Shown: in pieces, positions 13,001-24,972 of the stretch
How positions within the stretch are numbered: position 1 is the first letter of the stretch
How the letters are laid out: each line of letters opens with the position of its first letter
Assembly (NCBI GenBank): GCA_004431415.1
Contig: QPMI01000278.1
Span: 1 to 64,000, forward strand
Origin: Cyanophora paradoxa CCMP329
Lineage: Eukaryota > Plantae > Glaucophyta
Length of the DNA stretch: 64,000 nucleotides
Direction: 5' to 3'
Made by a program: the position numbers and the translations under genes
The notes under the pieces: model-generated
What the model was told of the DNA's origin: nothing
Database searches by the model: none
What the model saw: the letters and a program-made list of their open reading frames with translations, nothing else

Positions 13001-13895
13001 CAGAGGCTCTGATCAGCTCGGCGTGCTCACGTATCTCCCGCTCGTTTGAAGACTCCGAGCTCAAGAGTGTGTACGGCTCCGCCAACCGCACCAGCCGCTG
13101 GCAGGAGCGCGTCTGCGCTGCGGCTTCGAGCTCGAAAGGGGGGGCTAGCGCTGCTGGCGCTGACGCCGCGCTGGCGTTGCGAGCACCGGCAGCGCCCATC
13201 GTGCGGGTGGCATCCAGTGTCACAGCTGCGACCACGAGCGGAGCGCGGCAGTACAACCTTCACGTCTTCGTCTTCAACACCGTGGGCGGCTCTGAAGTTC
13301 CCACGACCGCCAGTGTCACCTGCCAGCCCAAGAACGGAGGCGAGCCGGTGCTGACAGCGCAGCTGGTCTCGCTGGTGCGTCGACGTCTGCATTTGATCTT
13401 GATCATGAACAATCGATATCTATGCACGGTTGTCTAACTTAGTGATATCGATGATATTGATGTCTGGGTCGCGCTGCGCAGAATTATTCGAGCCGGCCGT
13501 ACATGTTCCAGTCGAGCAGCCCGTCAGGGGAGGCGCTGCTGGTGGACTGCTCGACGCCGCAGCAGCGCAGTGTTCGTCACTGGCCCAACGTGATGCCGCA
13601 GCTGCTTGCGGCCGAGGCGAGTTTCGCTCTCGCTCAGCCTGACTCCCCCTTCGTCTGCTCCGCCACGGTGACAAGCGCGGCCGGCACGTCGCCAGCCGGC
13701 ACTGCGGAGGGCGCGACAGCCTCAGCCAGCGCGCCGATGGCAGTGGAACCTATACCTTTCCGTCTTGTCAGCAATTTCGGCGGAATATTCCTTGAGCCTT
13801 TATGCGACGCTACTTTATCGTTTCCGGGCCTGCTGGACTGGCTGGGGCCTCCAAATTCCGGCGTCATGGCGAACCCATGGCCAGATTGCACATAA
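1032..13895 (+). CDS. Multi-exon tandem-TIR transmembrane protein: TIR-TIR-helical linker-TM-coiled coil-beta-propeller-like region-FN3-like C-terminus
   Basis: Manual splicing gives TIR1 (LDAFLSFARG..CWYD..AIEGCACLVVLATKEWFSSPACATEL) and TIR2 (YDVMVSYRRK..HWVD..AIKGSGVMLVLLTRDWLQSQYCIDEFEYAL). These are followed by a hydrophobic segment VIIGALIAAIVF (~4921-4957), coiled-coil repeats (IATENAELARQKE, 5040-5270), DPELALLFALDAL (~5955), beta-rich exons, and a stop at 13893-13895. The start codon and middle exons are uncertain. Confidence 0.8.
2719..3361 (+). other. 643-nt C-rich intron interrupting TIR2
   Basis: GT donor at 2719 and GCGCAG acceptor at 3361. Removal joins YCID-E-FEYAL in frame. 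The interior is dominated by poly-C runs. Confidence 0.8.
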
Positions 13896-14674
13896 CGCTT
13901 TCTTGCAATTAAGAGGAATAGAATTCAAATAGACTAAAATCGATCATGATGTATATTATGAATCATGATCATACGCATGCGCATGCAGCCCGCGGCCCAT
14001 GTAGTTATAGGCTGCAGCTGAAGTCGTGCATGTATATGCATGTGCATGCATATTCACTTAAAAAAGCTTGACGTCGACGTCGACGGCGACAAAAGTTGTG
14101 CCATGACCGCAAGTACTAGCAGTGCTGGTCTTCGCGATCGCTTTGCCCCCCATTCTTTGCTGCATCCATCGGCTTTAATTTGGGGGGAATTTCTGGAGGA
14201 AGACTCTTCGAAATCGGTCGGATGGCCATGGTGACTCTCTGTCACAAATTAAAAAACAAAATGCGAAATTCGCATTTGTGAACAGATCTAGTACCTGCAC
14301 ATGTACATGTACTAAGTTATAACTTATTACTTATGACGCATGCGGACACCCGTAAAAAAACTCAGTTCTCACGGAACGGCCGAGCCAAAAATCTTCGGTA
14401 ACTTGATTGAGGTCAGAAAACTTACCTTAGGGTTGTGTCAACGCATATGAGAACACAGTGTGGTATACGGTATATAACACCAGATTAAGGAACTGAAATT
14501 TTGACTTTCCGCGTTAATATTAGGTACCGCGCTTATTCTCGAAATCCACTGCGAGAACGCCAGATACATTACCCCCAAGTGAAACTAAATTCAAAATGTC
14601 AGCGCGTTAATTTAATAAAAAACGGCAATTTTAATTTTGCCCCCCCCCCCCCCCCCCCGCGGATCGATATCGAT

Positions 14675-14781
14675 CGATCGAAGATCAGTTTAGGTTTTAA
14701 AGAAATTTTCATGCATGAAGTTCGATCGAAGATCAGTTTAGGTTTTAAAGAAATTAAAAAAAAATTCATGCATGAAGTTCG
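14675..14781. repeat. 48-bp tandem duplication
   Basis: cgatcgaagatcagtttaggttttaaagaaatt..ttcatgcatgaagtt occurs twice. The second copy has an extra A run. Confidence 0.9.
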
Positions 14782-15255
14782 CAGTCGCAGTGCCTACGCG
14801 CGTTCCACGCGCGTACCGCGCGCGCGCGCGCGTCACGGCGTACGTACCGGTACGGACCGGGTCGGACCCGTACGGTTACTACGGTACGTGCCACGGTGCG
14901 CCGCCACGGACCACGGTGCGCGTCGTGACCGTCGGACCGTGCACGTGTGACCGTCGGACGCGGGGCGACGCGAGCCGCCGGCCAGCCGCTCGCGACGACG
15001 ACTCGTCCACTTGAGTCAACGCGTACGTCATGACTGTGACTCTGTGAGCTGCCAGGCTGTCGGGCAACTTCTAAAAAAAATAAAAAACCCTTCACCCCTT
15101 CACCGGTACCAGTATACGTACGTATATATACGATCCGACTCGGCGTCGAGTTGGCGTCGTAACTTGGCGATCGGTTGACGTGTGTCACCACTGTCACGGT
15201 CCCGCGCGAGTCGAGTTTTCCCCAGCAGTTTAAGCTGGCCAGTGGCGTGCATGGA

Positions 15256-15382
15256 AAGTGGTAGATAACGGAAGTAACGGAAAACTGAAGTGGCGGATAA
15301 CGGACGTTTCCAGAAAGTAACGGACAGCTTAAGTGGCGGATAGCGAAAAGTAACGGAAACGTCGTCGGAAAGTAACGGAAAC
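15256..15382. repeat. Cluster of short degenerate repeats AAGTAACGGA / AAGTGGCGGATA
   Basis: About 7 related 10-12-mers occur at irregular spacing. Confidence 0.75.
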
Positions 15383-16224
15383 ACGTGCCACGGTGTGCAC
15401 TGTACTACGGTAATCTGCCGCTGTTAACGTTCTACTGCTATAGCTACTGTAGGCTTAAGCTTTAAACGTAGCTACAGGCTACAGCCTGCAGCAGCAGCCG
15501 CTGAGCTGTCGTTACCCGGCCGCGGTTGCGCTTATTTAGCAACCGTGTACATACCGTAGTACGTATATACTAGTGCTACTGCGCATGCAGCTAGCCGTTG
15601 AGCGCTGCTGCGCATCCTTGCAATTGTGCAGACGGAGCACATCATGACCAGCAGGTAAATTCGAAGTCAACGCGTACGTGTACGCAGCGCTAGCGAAAAC
15701 AGTGATTATTTCGAAGCCGCTGAGCACCGGTACCCGTTCCTTAAGTAGCGCGACTGTATATTCGAATACGTATACGAAGCCGAGGAAGATTATTCTTTTG
15801 TCCTGAAAACGTCTGCATGTAAATTGCTTTCTTCCTGCATGTCCGACAGTCATGGTCATCAGTAAATGGGGGGGTGCGGGGGGCTTGCCCCCCTGCTTGT
15901 ACACGTACGTCTAACTAGCTATAGTAAAGCTTTAATCTGCCGGCGGCTGCTGCTGCTTGCACAATGGCGCTTAGCTGCAGCCGCCATCGCCAGGCGCGTG
16001 CTCATCGTATGCCGCCTGCACGCCGGCTAGCTATATAATGCGCATGCGTCTGCCGCGCAGTGCGTCGATGTCAGCTGATGCCTAACTTCGCGAACCTTCG
16101 ACGTTGCAAACGAAGGCAGATCTAGACTGTACTCGGCAGGATATGTCAGGGGATACCATGAAAAACTCCGGCCCCAAACGAAAGAGAAACACGCAGTGGG
16201 GGGGGGGGGGGGGGGGGGGGGTAG

Positions 16225-17965
16225 TTACGTTGACACGCTCCGCACACGCTCCGCCTGACGCGCGGGGAGGGGCGGCAAGCTGAAGGGCGGGGAACGCGGG
16301 GTGTGGCAGGGCGGACTGCGTTGGCGGCGGCGACAGCGAGGTCCTCGTCGAAGCGCGCCCCGGCCCCGGGCGTCGCCGCCAGCTGCGCCCGCGCAGGCGC
16401 CTCGGCGGGGCGCGGGGCGCGTGGCGGGGCGGACGTGGGTGTGGGAAAGGAGGGCGAGGAGGCCGTGCCGCTCCTCGACCAGGGGCCGGTACTTGGGGTT
16501 GGCAGCGAGGGCGGGGAGGCAGAGGACGGCGGCGCGCTCGGCCTGCGGGCTGCGCCGCAGCTCGAGGAGGGCGAGCAGCGCGTGCACCGCCTCCCCGCTC
16601 CCCAGCAGCTCCTGCACCCGCCCCGACTCCCCGGCCAGCGCCCCCAGCACCGATGCCGCCAGCGCCCGCACGCGCTCCGCCTGCCCGCCCCTCAGCGGCT
16701 GGGCGGGGCGGCGGGGCCGGGGGCGGGGGCGGCGGGCCTGGTTGGGGGCGATGAGGGGCACGAGGGCCTCGAGGGCGCGGTCCCCCTCCAGCCGCTTCCC
16801 GTACCCCGCTGCGCCGCGTCGGGGGGGGGGGGGGCGGGGCGGGCGGGGCGGGCGGGGCGGACGGCGGGCGGCGAGGAGGCGAGGCCGAGCAGCCCCGCGT
16901 ACTGCACCTCCGGGTACTGCCCCCGCGTCGGGGGGGGGGGGGGAGGGGGGCGGGGGCGGACGGGGTAGGAGAGCATGTGGCGGAGCTCGGCGACGCCGTC
17001 GACGTCCAGCAGCGCCTCTACCCCCTCCTCTGCGGGGGCCTCGGGCCGGGCCGGGGCGGGCTGGCGGGGGCGGGGGCGGGGCGGGGCGGACCGACGGTGG
17101 CGAGCATGGCGAAGCAGGTGGCGACGGGCGCCTTGTACTGGTTCGACACGAACTGCCGCCCCGCCCCGCCCCGTGAGGCGGCGCGGGGCGGGCCGGGGGC
17201 GGCGGGGCGGGCGGACGGGGTTGGTGAGGTCGTCGTGGACCTCCGGGACCATCCCCTCCGCCACCAGCCGCCGCGCCCCCTCCTCTGCCCCCCGCGCCCC
17301 GCCCCGCCTCAGCCCCGCCCCGCCGCCCCGCAGAGCACCCCGCACCGATCTTCACCAGGTTCGCCAGCAGCACTGCCGCAGGCCGCGTTAGATCTAGAGG
17401 GGGCGGGACGGGGGCGGGGGCAGGGCGGGGCGGGATGTCTCACTGTAGCTCTGGTACTCCTGCGGTGCGGGGGCGGGCGGGGGGGCGGGCGGGGCGGGGT
17501 CGGCGGGGGCGGAGCTGCGGGGGGCGGGGGCGGGGGCACCTCCTCGGCGCTGTCGTCGTTGTCGCGGGAGAGGAGGAGGACGTCCTTGAGGGAGCGCAGG
17601 CTCCGCAGCACCCGCCGTGACTCCGTCCCTGCCGCAGTGCCGCCCCGCCCCGTCGCGCCCCCGCCCGCGCGCCCGGCGGGGCGGGGCGGGGCGGGGCGGG
17701 GCGGACCGTCGGCGGTGACGGCCTGGAGGGCCTTGATTGCGGCCAGGCGCTCGGCCTTGGACATGCGCGGCCCGCTCGCCGCCGCCCGCACCAGCGCCTC
17801 CACCCCGCCCCGCTCCACGAACTGCCCCCGCAGCGACTCTGGCCCCGCCCCCGTCAGCTCGAAGAAGCGCGCTGGAGCAAAGGCCCGAGGCGCGGGCGCA
17901 CCGATCTCCCATATGGAGACGACGTGGCCGAAGAGCGCCTGGAGCGCGCTGTCGTGGAAGAGCAT
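16225..17965 (-). CDS. Armadillo/ARM-repeat protein, multi-exon
   Basis: Exons encode FVERGGVEALVRAA, EEGVEALLDVDGVAELRHML, YPEVQYAGLLGLAS, RVRALAASVLGALAGESGRVQELLGSGEAVHALLALL and ERAAVLCLPALAANPKYRPLVEERHGLLALL. The 3' end is approximate. Confidence 0.75.
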
Positions 17966-18416
17966 CGCGCCGCGCCGCGAGCGGCCTCACTCAAGCTCGG
18001 GCCTCAGGTGCTTGAAGATAAGCTAAGCTGCAGCTGGGCTGATGGCGAGCCTCGAAGCGGCGACACGGTTCCTGTCCTCATAGCGGAGCGGCGTGAAGAC
18101 GGATTCGCAAGAGGCCTGTCCCGCAGCTCGGGGTTGCGCCGCAGAGGGACTACTCCATACCAGGCGCTTAAAGCCACTGCTCAACGAACTGGGCCCGCCG
18201 AGCTCGAGCCTGTGCCGGCCGAACGGCGGGCTGGGATCGAACACAGCGAGGAGGCGTATCTGGAGGGCAGGGGCCCGGAATGACGACCGGGCGCTGCGCC
18301 GTAAGCGAACAGGCCGCAAGGGGGGTTGGAGTCCGAGGGGAGGGGGAGTCAGGGCTACCGGTTATTCAGCAAAGGTCGCGCGCCGCCCTGCGGCTCCAGC
18401 TGCTGACTCCAGCAGC

Positions 18417-20928
18417 ATGGCCGATGCAAACGGGTCCGCCGGACTCGAAACATCGCCAAGCAACGCACCGCGCTCGCAGAGGTCGATGTCGATGCGGCGG
18501 CCCGTTATCATATCGCAGTCCGAGAAGTATGTAACGCTGAAGACACAGTACAACTACAGGCCAGGTGCGCGCGCCCTGCCCGCGCTCGCCGCCTGATCGA
18601 GCGCCGCCTCTTAGAGCCCTTCACGCTTTCCGCCCGGCAGGCATATTGTTCAACGTCTGCAATGCGATGTTGAGGAGGGATTTGGCCATATTGACCGCTG
18701 ATCTGCGCATCGATGGTACTTTCTGCAGCACCACATACCATGTCCGGTGCGGCCGCGTCCCGGCCGTGCGACGATGCTGCGCGCGATCAGGGACCGACGC
18801 GCGGACCGCAGGCCAAAGGACGCAGCGGCCGCGGGCCCCGTGTCCGATGCAACCCTGAACGCTCTTCAGGTCCGCGCCCCCGGCCACAGAGGCGCAGCGG
18901 GCGGGCTGACGCGTGCCCCGCTCTGCGCCGCAGGACGAGCTTGTGGAGATTGTCGAAGGGCGGGTGCGCGGGGCGCCCCTGCGCGGGGCGGAGGGGCGCG
19001 TCGCGAGCGGACGCGCGCGCAGGTGAACGGGCTCGACCACCTGCCCGACAACAAGACGCACGTCGTCATCGACGTCTCCTGCAAGGACCGAGACGGTCCG
19101 CCCCGCCCCCGCGCCCCGGCGGCCCCGCGCCGAGCTCGGGGCGGCAGGCCTCCTGAGCGAGCTCGCCGGGGCGATCACGGGGCTCGGCCTCGACATCGAG
19201 TCCGCGAAGGTCCCCTTCCTTCGCCCCCCCGCCCGCCCGCGCGGCGCGGTCCAACGCCGGCGCCGCAGATCTTCACGCACAAAGGGATGGTCCTCGGTGC
19301 GCATCCGGCCGCTCGCCACGCCCCGCGGCCCCGCGCGTCGCTCACGGGGCCCCGCGCAGACACGTTCTTCGTGCGCGGCGGCGGCGGCGGTGGCGGCTGC
19401 GGCGGGGCGGCGGCTGACGGGGCGGGGGCAGGTGACGGAGGGGGGCCAGCGCGTGGCCGAGGACAAGGTGCGCGTCCCGCGGGGCGGGCGCGGTGGGCGG
19501 GGAGGGCGCGGGCGCCGGAGCGAGCGTGCCTTGCGGGGCGCAGGAGCGGTTCACGCGGATCAAGGAGCGGCTGGCGGCGGCCTCGGGGGACCCCGAGGCC
19601 CGTGTCAACATCTCCTCCCACGTCCTCGAGGCCCGCCCGCCCACCCGCACCGCCCCGCCACGTCCGCCCCGTCTGAGGCAGCGCAGGCGGTCATGTCGCG
19701 CCGCGAGGAGGTCGAGCTCGCCCGCCGACGCAGCGTCCGCCCCGCCCCGCCTCGCCCCGCCCCGGCCCGGGCTGAGGGTGTCCGGGCAGGGGCAGCCGTC
19801 GCCGCGGGGGCGGGAGCGGGAGACGGACGACCGCTTCCCCGCCCGCGACTTCGTCTTCGCGCAGCAGGAGGCCAACGAGGCGCGCCCGACCTCGCCCCGC
19901 CCCGCCCCGCCAGCCGCCGGTGCGATGGGGGGCGGCAGATCAACGTGATGATCGACGACGCGAGCATCGCCGACTTCATCCTCGTCAAGATCCACTGCGA
20001 GACCCACGAGGAGAAGGCACGCCCCCCGCCCCGCGGCGCCGCCCCGCCTCTCCTCGCCTCGCCGGCGCTGCCTGAGCGGCGCGGGGCGTCCCGCAGCTGC
20101 TGGCGGAGATGGCGCGCCTCATGGCCGAGCTCGGCCTCCAGGCCCGCCCCGCCCCGCCCCGCCAGCGCCTGCCCCGCACGCTCTTCCCTGAGGCGCTGCG
20201 CTGCGGGGCCTCCAACAGATCCACAAGCTGAAGTACTCGTGGAAGGAGGGGGGGCGGCCGCAGACGGCCCTCGACATGTACATCACCGACGCCACCCACG
20301 TCTCCGGTCCCCGCCCCCGCCCTCTCCGCCCCCCGCCCCGCCCCACCCAGCGCGCCCTGACACCGGCGGGGGCAGAGCTGGACGTGGACATGCGGGCCCG
20401 CCTCCGCCGCCTCATCATCTCGTCCGCCCGCCCCGCCCCGCCAGCGAGGTCGTCGGGCAGCGCCTGAGGCGGGGCGGGGCCGGGGCAGGGCGATCCTGTC
20501 GCCGGAGGGGCAGGCGGAGCTGCACCACACGGCGACGATCGAGGCGGCGGGGGAGGACCGGCCGGGCCTCCTCAAGGACATGACCACCGCCCTCAAGCGC
20601 ATGGGCGTCTCCATCACCCACGCGCGCCCCGCCCCGCCCCGCCCCGCGTGCCCCTTCCTGACAGGGCGCAGGCGACGTGCACGACGACGGGGGCGGGGCG
20701 GGTGCGGAACACGCTCTGCGTGGCGGACGCCGAGGGGCAGCCCATCCTCGACACCGAGACCCTCTCCCGCATCCAGGCACGCCCCGCCCCACCGCGCCCG
20801 GCGCCCCGCGCCCCCCGCCCGCCGTCTTCTGAGGGGCGCGCCGTGCACGTGCGCAGGAGTCTGTGAACGCCGCGTGCGAGGGCTCCGACTCCTCCCCCGT
20901 CCCCCGCGTCCCCAGCGACACCTACTAG
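18417..20928 (+). CDS. ACT-domain repeat protein (ACR/GlnD C-terminus-like), multi-exon
   Basis: Exons encode VIDVSCKDRD-GLLSELAGAITGLGLDIESAKIFT and TIEAAGEDRPGLLKDMTTALKRMGVSITHA, plus two more divergent ACT-like units. TAG stop at 20926-20928. Divergent from the ARM gene. Confidence 0.85.
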
Positions 20929-21090
20929 CCCCGCCCCCGCCCGGGCCCCGGCCCCGCCCCCGCCCCCTGCCCGCCCCCGCCCCGCCCCGTTCTAGATCTC
21001 GCGCCCCGCCCGCAGCTGCAGCCCGCCTTTTTTGGCTGCCCGGCCCCCAGGCCCGTAAATTCGATGCACCATCTCGCCGCCGCGGCCGCG

Positions 21091-21763
21091 CCGCTCGACC
21101 TCTGGGGGCGTGTGTTGCGGCGGCGAGGAAAGAAAGAGGGCGGGCTCAGCGGGCGGGGGAGGCGGGGGAGGAGGTGGGCGGGGACGGGGGCAGGGCGGCG
21201 GCGGCGGAGCGGAGGGCGGCCCACGGCTCGTAGCGGTCGTCGAGGGCGCCCCCGGGGCCCACCGCTCGACCTCTGGGGGCGTGTGTTGCGGCGGCGAGGA
21301 AAGAGGGCGGGCTCAGCGGGCGGGGGAGGCGGGGGAGGAGGTGGGCGGGGACGGGGGCAGGGGGGCGGCGGCGGAGCGGAGGGCGGCCCACGGCTCGTAG
21401 CGGTCGTCGAGGGCGCCCCCGGGGCCCACCGCTCGACCTCTGGGGGCGTGTGTTGCGGCGGCGAGGAAAGAGGGCGGGCTCAGCGGGCGGGGGAGGCGGG
21501 GGAGGAGGTGGGCGGGGACGGGGGCAGGGGGGCGGCGGCGGAGCGGAGGGCGGCCCACGGCTCGTAGCGGTCGTCGAGGGCGCCCCCGGGGCCCACCGCT
21601 CGACCTCTGGGGGCGTGTGTTGCGGCGGCGAGGAAAGAGGGCGGGCTCAGCGGGCGGGGAGGCGGGGAGGAGGTGGGCGGGGACGGGGGCAGGGCGGCGG
21701 CGGCGGAGCGGAGGGCGGCCCACGGCTCGTAGCGGTCGTCGAGGGCGCCCCGGGGCCCACCGC
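21091..21763. repeat. 167-bp tandem repeat, about 4 copies
   Basis: Unit starts (ccgctcgacctctgggggcgtgtgttg) at 21091, 21262, 21429 and 21596. The unit spans the last codons, stop and 3' flank of the minus-strand EF-hand gene. Confidence 0.95.
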
Positions 21764-24700
21764 CCGCGCCAGCGCCCGCGACGCCCGCTCCAGCGCACCG
21801 CGCCTGCCCGCCCTCAGCCGGGGGCGCGGGCGGGCGGGCGGGCGGGCGGGCGGGCGGGGCACTCGAGGAGAAAGAGGACGGCGGCGGCGAGGGCCGCCGA
21901 CTTGGTCGCCGCCCGCCCCGCCCCGCCCCGGCCCGGCGAGGCCGGGCCCGCGCCCCCGCCGCCGCCGCCGCCAGCGCCGCCGCCCACTCCGACCCGGGGT
22001 TCGCTGCGCGGCGGGCTCAGCTACATGAAAGCGGGGGCGGGGCGAGGGTGGGCGGACGGGCGGGCCGCGTGCGAAGGCGCGGACGGGGGAGAGGGGTGGC
22101 GGGGCCGCGGGGCGAGGAGGCCGAGGGCGCGGCGGCGGGGCCGGAGGCCGTGTGCGAAGACGCGCTGGGCGAGCTGCAGGGCGTCGGGCAGCGGCAGGGG
22201 CGGGCGCGGGTGGAGCGCGAGCAGCGCGGCCGCCGCCGAGAGGGCCGCCTCGCGCTCGAAGAAGAAGTGCAGCGAGCGCGGCACGCCCGGCCCCTCCGGC
22301 GCCGGTCCCGGGCCCGCCGCCGCCGCCGCCGCCTCCTCGGCGGGGCCGGCCCCGCGGGGCGCCGTGGCGACGGAGGTGGAGAGCGATGTGGCCGGGGAGA
22401 GGTCGAGCGAGGCCGCCGACTGCCCGCCCCAGCCCGTCGAGAGCGACGCCCGGTCCACCGACGGGTACGGCATCGTCCGGTACACGATCTGCGCGGCCTT
22501 CAGGCGAGGCACAATGGAAAGGCGAGTGTGCGGGTACGGCGTGCCTCGGGGCGCCCGGCGGCGGCCTGCCCGCCGGCCTGCGGCGGGAAGGAGGGCGGCT
22601 TGCGGGGTGCGTTGACCTGCGGCAGCCGCTCTGTACCCGCGGCGCGCAGCGGGGCGGCGGGGCGGCGGTGCGGGGGCGGGCCTTGACGGGGGTGGTCCCC
22701 TCGCTGGGAGTGCTCCCGAAGGGCCCCGCGGAGGAGGCCGGCGAGTGGCGCCCCGCCCGCCGCGGGCTCGACGGCATGCTCGGGCCCGCCTCCGTCCAGA
22801 AGCTCACCTGCGCCACGCCACGCGACGTGGGCGGGGCGGGCCTGGCCGCTAGCGCTCGAGGGCGGGGCGGGGCGGGGCGCGCACGGTGCGCTCCACCCCG
22901 AGGGCTCCACCACCGACGAGGCCCGCGCCACCGCCGCCGGGCCCGTCGTCGTCGCCGGCGGCTCCAGCCGCCCCGGGGGCGGGGCGGCGGCGTCGACCAC
23001 GGCGCGTGCAGCGGCGTCGCCACCGGCGGCGGGGCGGCCGGCGGGGCCGGGCCGGGGCGGGGCGGCGTGGCGGGCGGCGCGGCCTCCGCCTCGTCGGGAG
23101 GGGCGCGCCAGCCCTCGCGCGGCTGCCCCGCGTCGTTTACACGGGGCTCCGGACGGGCGGAGGCGGCGGGCGCACGGGGGAGGGAAGACGTCGGGCGGGG
23201 AGGGCCCGGGGCCTCGGGCAGCCCCTCCACGCTCTCCCGCACCTGCGCAGCGCGCCCCGCCGGCTCAGCCGGGGAAGGCGCCGGGCGAGGGGCCAGCAAA
23301 GCGCACGAGGGGCATGACGGGGCGGGCCGGAGAGCCCGGGCGTGCGGGGCGCGGTGCGGGCGGGGCGGGGGCGGGCGGGGCGTGCGGCGAGGAGGGCGGC
23401 GAGGCGGGCGACCTCGCGCTCGAGCAGCGGCACCTGTGGAGCCGCTCGCGTACGGCGCGCAGCGCAGGCGGGCCGGCGGCGGGCGGGCGGCGCACGCGGT
23501 GGACGAGGGCGCGGGCGTCGGGGGCCGGCCCCGCCGCGGCGGCCGCCCGGCGGTCGGCGGCGGCCTGGCGGGCGAGCTGCGGGGCCGTCAGGGCGGCGGG
23601 CGGGGGGCGGGGCGGGCGGGCGGCGTCGAGGTCGCGGCGAATGTCGCAGGCTTGCTCGTGGAGCGCCTGCACCAGGTCTGCGCCCCGCCCCGCCCCGCCC
23701 CCTCGGCCCGCACGGCGGGCGGGGCGGCGGGGGCGGACCGCCGAGGTTGGCGTAGCCGGCGTTGAGCTCGAGCACCTCGCGTTGCGTCGACTGCCCCGCC
23801 AGCCGCGCATCCCGCGCCTCCCGCCCGCCCACGCCACCTCCCACGACAGCGTCTCCCGCACCGCCTCCGCCTCCCGCCCCGCCGCCTCCGCCGCCCGCTC
23901 CGCCCGCGCCGCCGCCTCCGCCGCCCCGCGCGCCTCCGCCGCGACCTGCCGCAGGGCCTCCCGCAGCGCCGCCGCCCGCTCCGCCTCGTCCGCCGCCTGG
24001 CCCGCCCCGACGGCCACCGCCGCCTGCTCGCCCGGCGCATGCGGCGGCCTCGCGCTGGGCGGGCGCGGCGCCGGCGGCATGGAGGCGCGCCGCTCGGGGC
24101 GGTTGGCCGCCGGGTTCCACGGCGCGCGCCCGGCCGCCGCGTCCCGCAGGTGGAGCCGCGGGGCGGTCGCCGCGATGGAGCGCGCCGAGGCCGCCGGCGT
24201 CGCCCCGCCCTCGAACGCGTGGCCCGCAAGCGAGCGAGCCCCGGCCAGCGGCGCGGGAGAGGCTCCCGGTGTCTGGCATGCGTGCGTGGGACGAAAAGAA
24301 AATCACGAGCCGGGATCGCAGCGGGCGCACGGAGGGGCCCGGCGAGGGCGCGAAGGAGGCGGGGGTGGCGGGCCCGGTGCGGGGCTTGAGCGGCGACGGC
24401 GAGATGTTGAACGCCCGCACCTGCGCAAAGATGAGCTGACGGGCGGGCAAGTGCTCGCAGGGCGCGGCGCGGGGGCGCACGAAGTCGCGGCGCTCGACGA
24501 GGCCGTCGCGGTTCGAGTCAAGGGAGCGCAGCAGCTCCTCCAGCTGCTCCGGCGCCGCCGACGGGAACATCGAGCTGCATATATCGCGAAGGAGAGCAAC
24601 GGGGACGTGCCGCTGCGTCCCCGCCTCCTGAAACAGCCTCCTGCAGGCCAGTCGCCCCGGAAAGCTCGAGGAGTGCAACAGAAACCTCGTCGCCCTCACG

Positions 24701-24972
24701 CACCTCACGAACGGAGGCAGCTCGTCGATCTCGACGTCGTCGTCTGAATCCTCCAGCTCCTGCGCGCCGCCGCGTGAAGAAAGCCGATAGTCGGAGCGCC
24801 TAGGCATCGACGGCGACATTTCGCGGTTTTCGAAACGCGAGCGGGATAATGCGTGAACCTGCGCCTTCAACCGAGCAAAGTCTTCGTCGCCCAGCGAGCC
24901 CCGCGCGCGCTCAATCGACGGCGCCGGCGAGCCGCGCGCGCGCTCAGCCGGCGTCGACGGCATTGACGGCAT
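21647..24972 (-). CDS. EF-hand and coiled-coil protein, multi-exon (full copy)
   Basis: MPSMPSTP start, EF-hand loop EQLEELLRSLDSNRDGLVERRDF, Ala/Glu/Arg coiled-coil exons and a low-complexity tail. Confidence 0.65.

Noticed and set aside
1032-13895. Bacterial contamination explaining the bacterial-type TIR protein
   Set aside because: The gene is interrupted by many spliceosomal introns in the same style as its neighbours.
15256-15382. CRISPR-like short repeats
   Set aside because: The repeats are too short, degenerate and irregularly spaced.
21091-21763. CRISPR-like periodicity
   Set aside because: Whole units are repeated with no unique spacers, there are no cas genes, and the context is eukaryotic.
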